The translations under genes and the position numbers were made by a program. DNA of 64,000 bases from the human T2T-CHM13v2.0 reference genome, Homo sapiens. The stretch lies in assembly GCF_009914755.1 (NCBI RefSeq), contig NC_060928.1; one strand, written 5' to 3'. Below, in pieces: positions 58,341 to 64,000 of this stretch (the first letter of the stretch is position 1; the number at the start of each line of letters is the position of its first letter). The notes below the pieces were generated by a model. That model had not been told where the DNA came from, made no database searches, and saw only the letters and a program-made list of their open reading frames with translations.

Positions 58341-60167
58341 TATCAATATTGACCACAAATGTAAATAGTCTAAATGCCTCACTAGAAAGTCATACAGTGA
58401 CAAGTTGGATAAAGAACCAACTCCCACTGTCTGCTATTTCCAAGAGATCCATCTTACAAGTAATGACAACCCATAGGCTCAAAATAAAGAGATGGAAAAA
58501 GATCTATCAAAAAACAAAAAACAAAAATGAGTAATGATTATTATATCAAATGAAACACTTTACACCAACAAGGATCAAGTTTTATAGATCTATGAAGAGA
58601 CAGATAATCACACAATAATACCCGGGGACTTCAACACTCCATACTGAGGCAGAAAACTAACAAAGGTATTCTGGACTTAAACTCCACACTTGACCGATTG
58701 GACCTAATAGATAACTACAGAAAAATTCACCCAACAACAACAGAGTATACATTCTTCTCATTGTCACATGGCACATACTCTGAGGTTCAACACATGCTCA
58801 GCCATGAAGCAACACAAAGTGAATTTTAAAAAAATCAAAGTCATACCAACCATACTGTCAGATCACAGTGCAATAAAAATAGGAATCAATACCAAGGAGA
58901 GCTATAAAATCATACAATTACATTAAAGTTAAATAATCTTCTCCTAAATGACTTTGTGTAAAGAATGAAATTGAGGCAGAAATCAAAAAATTATTTGAAA
59001 CTAATGAAAACAGAAAGGCAAATAACAGAATCTTTGGGGCACAGCTAAAGCCATATTAACAGGAAGGTTTACAGCGATAAATGCCTACATCAACAAGTTA
59101 GAGAGATCTCAGTTAACAACCTATTGTAGCACCTTAAGGAACTAGAAAAACAAGAGCAAGCTAACCCTAAAAGTAGCAGAATAAATAAATAACCAAAATC
59201 AGAGCTGAACTGAATATTTAGAAATAAAAATCCATACAAGAGATCAGTGAAACTGAAAGTTGGTTCTTCAAAAAATTAAACAAGATTAATAGACTACTCA
59301 CTAGGTTGAAAAAGAAAAAATGGGAGAAGATCCAAATAAACACAATCAGAAATGACAAAGTTGACATTACAATCAATCCTGCAGAATTACAAAAAAACCT
59401 CAGAGACTGTTATGAGCTCCTCTACTTAACATAAACTGGAAAACCTAGAAAAAAACGGATAAATTCCTGGAAACACACGCCTCCTAACATTGAAACAAGA
59501 AGAAATTAAAATACTTAACAGATCACTAACACGTCACCAAATTGAATTAGTAATAAAAAGCCTACCAACCAAAAAATGCCTTAAGCCAGATGGATTCACA
59601 GCTGAATTCAACCAGACATACAAAGAGGAACTAGTATCAATCCTACTCAAATTATTTCAAAATATCGAGGAAGAGGGACTCCTCTGTAACTCATTTTACA
59701 AAGCCATAATCATTCTGACACCAAAGCCTGGCAGAGACAAAGCAAAGAAAGAAAATTTCAGGAGAATATCTCTGATGAACATAGACACAAAAATCCTCAA
59801 CAAAATATTAGCAAACTGAATCCAGCAGCACATCAAAAAGCTAATTCACCACAATCAATTAGGCATTATACCTGGGATGCAAGGCTAGTTCAACATATGT
59901 GAATAAATAAATGTGATTTACCATATAAGCAAAATTAACAACAAAAACTACACAATCATCTCACTAGCTGCAGAAAAGGCCATCAGTAAAATTCAACACC
60001 ATTTATATTAAAAACGCTCAACAAATTAGGCATTGAAGGAAAATACACCAAAGTAACAAGAGCCATATATGAAAAACCCACTGCCAACATCATACTGAAT
60101 GGGCAAACGCTGGAAGCATTAACCTTGAGAACTGGAACAAGACAAGAATGCCCACCCCCACCACTCC

Positions 60168-60636
60168 TTTTCTTTTTTTTTTCATTTTATTTATTCATTA
60201 TTATTATTATTATCATTATTATTATTATTATACTTTAAGTTTTAGGGTACATGTGCACAACGTGCAGGTTTGTTACATATGTATACATGTGCCATGTTGG
60301 TGTGCTGCACCCATTAACTCGTCATTTAGCATTAAGTATATCTCCTAATGCTATCCCTCCCACCTCCCCCTACCCCACAACAGGCCCCGGTGTGTGATGT
60401 TCCCCTTCCTGTGTCCATGTGTTCTCATTGTTCAGTTCCCACCTATGAGTAAGAACGTGTGGTGTTTGGTTTTTTGTCCTTGCAATAGTTTGCTGAGAAT
60501 GATGGTTTCCAGCTTCATCCATGTCCCTACAAAGGACATGAACTCATCATTTTTTATGGCTGCACAGTATTCCATGGTGTGTATGTGCCACATTTTCTTA
60601 TTTCAGTCTATCATTGTTGGACATTTGGGTTGGTTC
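60168..60636 (-). mobile_element. L1PA3/4-like 3' end with a (TTA)n tail
   Basis: aagttttagggtacatgtgcacaacgtgcagg...cccattaactcgtcatttagc...caggccccggtgtgtg; CpGs retained; no TSD. Confidence 0.93.
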
Positions 60637-61589
60637 AGTACTGGAAGTCGTAGTTGGAATGATCAAGTAAGAGAGAGAAATAAAAGGTTTCCAAATAAGA
60701 AGGGAGAAAGTCAAGCTATTTCTCTTCTCAAATAATATGATTCCATATCTAGACAATCGACAGTGCACACGGAGTTCAATTAAATGTATCATAAACTGTG
60801 ACTACATAGAAATGGAACAATACTGCAAATTTAGAAAATTAAGAAGTGTAAAGATATTGAAAGCATTTCAAATATATTGATTTCTATTTCTTTTGTAGTG
60901 AGAAAAAATATTACTTAAATTTGATAAATCAACAGATAGATGTATAAAAACATTTAAAATGTAAAAACAGCCATAAAAATATCCAAGAACATAATATAAA
61001 AAGACAAATGTGATTAGTTAAGAAGAAAAAATGTTGGAGGTATGAAAAGTTAGATATATACAAAGTCATTATAACCAAAAGAAAGGAGGAAACGGAAATG
61101 GTCTACAGTATATTCAGTATATTGTATAAAGTTAAAATTGTATATACAAGAAAATATATTAAAGTCTGGCTATAAAACTTCTGGTAGATCAGAAATAACA
61201 TGATAATCTATAACAAGAAAAATAAAGGTCATAGATCAAATAAGAAGTTTTTTTTTAAGTATTTTAAAGAAAAGCAGGATGTAAACTAAGCTAAGGAAGA
61301 GTCGAGAAAAGTATACCTGATGAAGCAATAAATGTAAATGTAATAATAAACTGATATATTGATACAAAAGATTTTCTCACAAAGGAAAATCTAATAACAT
61401 CTTATATTAAAAATATAAAGAATAGTGAATCAGAAAAAATTTTAAAAAGATAATGGGCAAAGCAATACAAGAGTGGTGCAAACAAAATAAAACTCAACAA
61501 TTGTAGTTTGAGCTATTCCTACCAAGCAATCCATGACAAATCCTAAAACAATAAATGACTATTTGATACTATTATAGTCTTTCAAATCC

Positions 61590-61770
61590 TTTGCAAAAAT
61601 ACTTATTCAATCTTGGCAACAATCACATGATGTAAGCCGTGTTTTCCATCTTATTTAATTGAAGAAAAAGCTAAGAAACTAAGAACGGGTGACATAATTT
61701 GCTCGAAATTATATGACTGGTACATGCTGTGGTCATTAAAGTTTACTGTCTTTAGAACCATTTTTTACAC
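61590..61770 (-). mobile_element. MIR fragment
   Basis: 'ttattcaatcttggcaacaatcacatga...gtgacataatttgctcgaaattatatgactgg'. Confidence 0.45.
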
Positions 61771-62074
61771 TTGTGAATTTTACAATGAAATATGTATAGT
61801 AATAAAAAGTACTTCTCAGAATTAAAAAATAAACATCACCACCACCAAAAATTCAATAAAAAGCTTACTTACTAATAAAACAAAATGATAAAATGATAGT
61901 GAAGTTCAAATACATAAAATACAGACACCAAAAAAAAAACTCAGATAGACAAAACATTGACAGTTGAAGAAGATTATGATCTACAGACCTCATGCCCCAA
62001 TATTAAATTTAGGGTGTGGCTAATATTCTTATTAATATCAAAAATAAAAGAAGAATGCTTATGATTACCAAATC

Positions 62075-62785
62075 AAGATAGGAAAACAATTTGAAAAGAC
62101 ATCTCACAAAAGAAAATCTCCAAAATGGGTAATATTGACATAAATCTGTGAAACATTTTAAATTACTAGGGAAATGCAAATTAAAACAAGAAACTACCAC
62201 TACATATTCACAGAAATGGCTGATATTAACAAACTGAAAATCTCTGGCCATGATATAGAGTAACTGAAACACTCATCCATGGTTGATGTGAATGTGAAAC
62301 TGTGCACTGCTGGAGAATTGTTTGATAGTTTATTACCAAATTAAACATATAATTACAGTACATTCCAGTAATTTTTCATCAACATGAAAGTTTATGTAAT
62401 TTTGATGTAGTCATGTAATATAATACTACTTAATCCAAAAAGGAATAAACTATAGATACACACAACCATGTGGATTGGTGATTATATATACATAACATTA
62501 TGTGGAATATAAGTAGCCAGAAACAAAACAGTGTAAACTGTATAATTTCAATCATATGAAATTCTAGAGGAAACAAATTTAGTTTACGGTGACAATGGTG
62601 ATCAGTGGTGCTCCTGGCATTGGCAGGATGACAGAGAAGAAACGTAAAGAAACTCTGGTGGTAACTTCAGTGTTCTATATCTTGATTTTGATGGTCGTTA
62701 TAGGGCTGTACAAATCAGCTAAAACTCATCAAGCTCTATGCCAAAGATGTGCACTTTATTGCGTGAAAATTACACCTAAAGAAAG
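62075..62785 (+). mobile_element. L1ME-type ORF2 end and 3' UTR
   Basis: 'aaagacatctcacaaaagaaaatctccaaaatgg...agggaaatgcaaattaaaac...aaaactcatcaagctctatg...gtgcactttattgcgtgaaaattacacc'. Confidence 0.8.
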
Positions 62786-62859
62786 TTCATATCATCATGT
62801 TAATGTACAAGAAGTTCCAGCAAATTTTCATTAAAAATATCCCCAAGCAGAGATTTTCT

Positions 62860-63500
62860 CCTCCACGCATTATTAAGAAACATTGTAGAACAACAGTAAT
62901 TAAAACTGTATGTTACTGTGCACATAGGTTGCAGGCAAGAAAGTCGGGGAAAAAAGAGTGACGAGTTTAGAATGATACCTACATACATAATGGAAATGTA
63001 TTGTTAAGGTAGAATTTCAAAACATTTAGGAGAAAATTGCAAAATATCGTTGTTGAAAAAATGCTTGACAACCTGGTGTGTAAATTTACCAGGTCAATAA
63101 CGTGGTTCTCACCTTCCTCTGTGTGGTAAAAAAATTTCAGCTGCATCAGACAAACATAAAAATGAAATCGCTAAATTATTAGAACAATCTATCAGCCTTT
63201 GGAGGGCTATATTTAGCAAGAGATACATTTACAAACATTCAAATGAAACAGATTGATATACATGACAACATGAAAAGTAAAATTATATGCATAGCAATGA
63301 CATTACTGGAAAGAAAATAAATTTTAAAAACAAACTGGAAAAAGTTTGCAAGGCATACAACAGGGGGCTAATATTATGATTAAAAAAAGTGGTAGTAACA
63401 AATAAAAGACCAACAACTAAATAAAAAGATGGGCAGAACATATTTCATAAGAAATGAAGTGTACATGGCTGTTACATAGAAGGAAATAAGCATTTGCATA
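62860..63500 (+). mobile_element. Ancient L1M ORF2 fragment
   Basis: 'cagtaattaaaactgtatg...caaactggaaaaagtttgcaag...aaaagatgggcag'. Confidence 0.55.
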
Positions 63501-63689
63501 TATAGTTTGCATGCAATGGGAATAAGACATTGTGAAAAAAATGAAAATCTAATGGTAATGAGGGAGAGAGAGAGAGAGATGGCATGATTTATGTAGGCAA
63601 ATAATTAGTTGCTGAATGATCCAAAAATGTATCAAAGGGGCATAAAGGGATGAAAAAATAAGAAGAAATCATTATTTGCTAAAATGCTG

Positions 63690-63880
63690 TTCTCATTGAT
63701 GGCTATACTCCATCTAATTCCACATTTAAAAATTTAACATATGACTTTATTACCTTCTCTTACTGTTAGAATATAAGCTTTATAAGGGCAAAGATCTTTC
63801 TTTTGCTTGCAGATGCGTTTCTAGTATCCATGAGTGTGCCTAACCTTCTATGAATTAAATAACTTTATATTGAATTAAGG
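63690..63880 (+). mobile_element. L2 3' end
   Basis: 'ttagaatataagctttataagggcaaagatctt...tgcgtttctagtatccatgagtgtgcct'. Confidence 0.6.
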
Positions 63881-64000
63881 AATGCATAAATATAGGGAAA
63901 TAAGGAGAGAAATTAATCAGACTAATATAATTTATATCAATTAATTTTATTGTGAAAGGTAATTACCAAATCAAAATAAATACTAAGAGAAATTTTGGTG

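Larger units (their letters stand above)
57125..60758 (+). mobile_element. L1PA15/16-like ORF1 C-half and ORF2 N-half, decayed and 3'-truncated; hosts LTR22 and an L1PA3
   Basis: ORF1 fragment NLENIFEDLIHENIPNFARE...PRHLIIRFSK; ORF2 start atgacaggatcaaattctcac; PDGFTAEF...[11 protein letters not shown]. Confidence 0.88.

Overview
AT-rich primate genomic DNA, most likely human or great ape (AluJ/S/Y, L1PA/L1PB, THE1, MER11 and LTR22 all present). It looks like a gene desert or a very large intron. I found no supportable cellular protein-coding exon, RNA gene, CpG island or CRISPR array, and no new protein-based system. All recognisable ORFs in the track are decayed L1, Alu or MaLR fragments, and the rest look like chance ORFs. 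The most informative structure is a nested L1 cluster at 49.75-60.76 kb. An L1PA15/16-like element is split by an L1PB2-like element, which is in turn split by a 5'-inverted L1PB1-like insertion (52341-56321). That insertion is bounded by a 15-bp TSD and carries about 475 bp of 3'-transduced DNA ending in its own AATAAA and A tail. Other points of note are a MER11 solo LTR inside a GGAA microsatellite, a two-LTR THE1 element with a 190-codon open stretch, ERVL gag and dUTPase relics, an LTR22 with a G4-like tract, and a repeat-free candidate enhancer with PBX/MEIS/HOX-like motifs near 13.0-13.45 kb. Subfamily names come from recalled consensus features, not a database search. Boundaries without TSD support are approximate.
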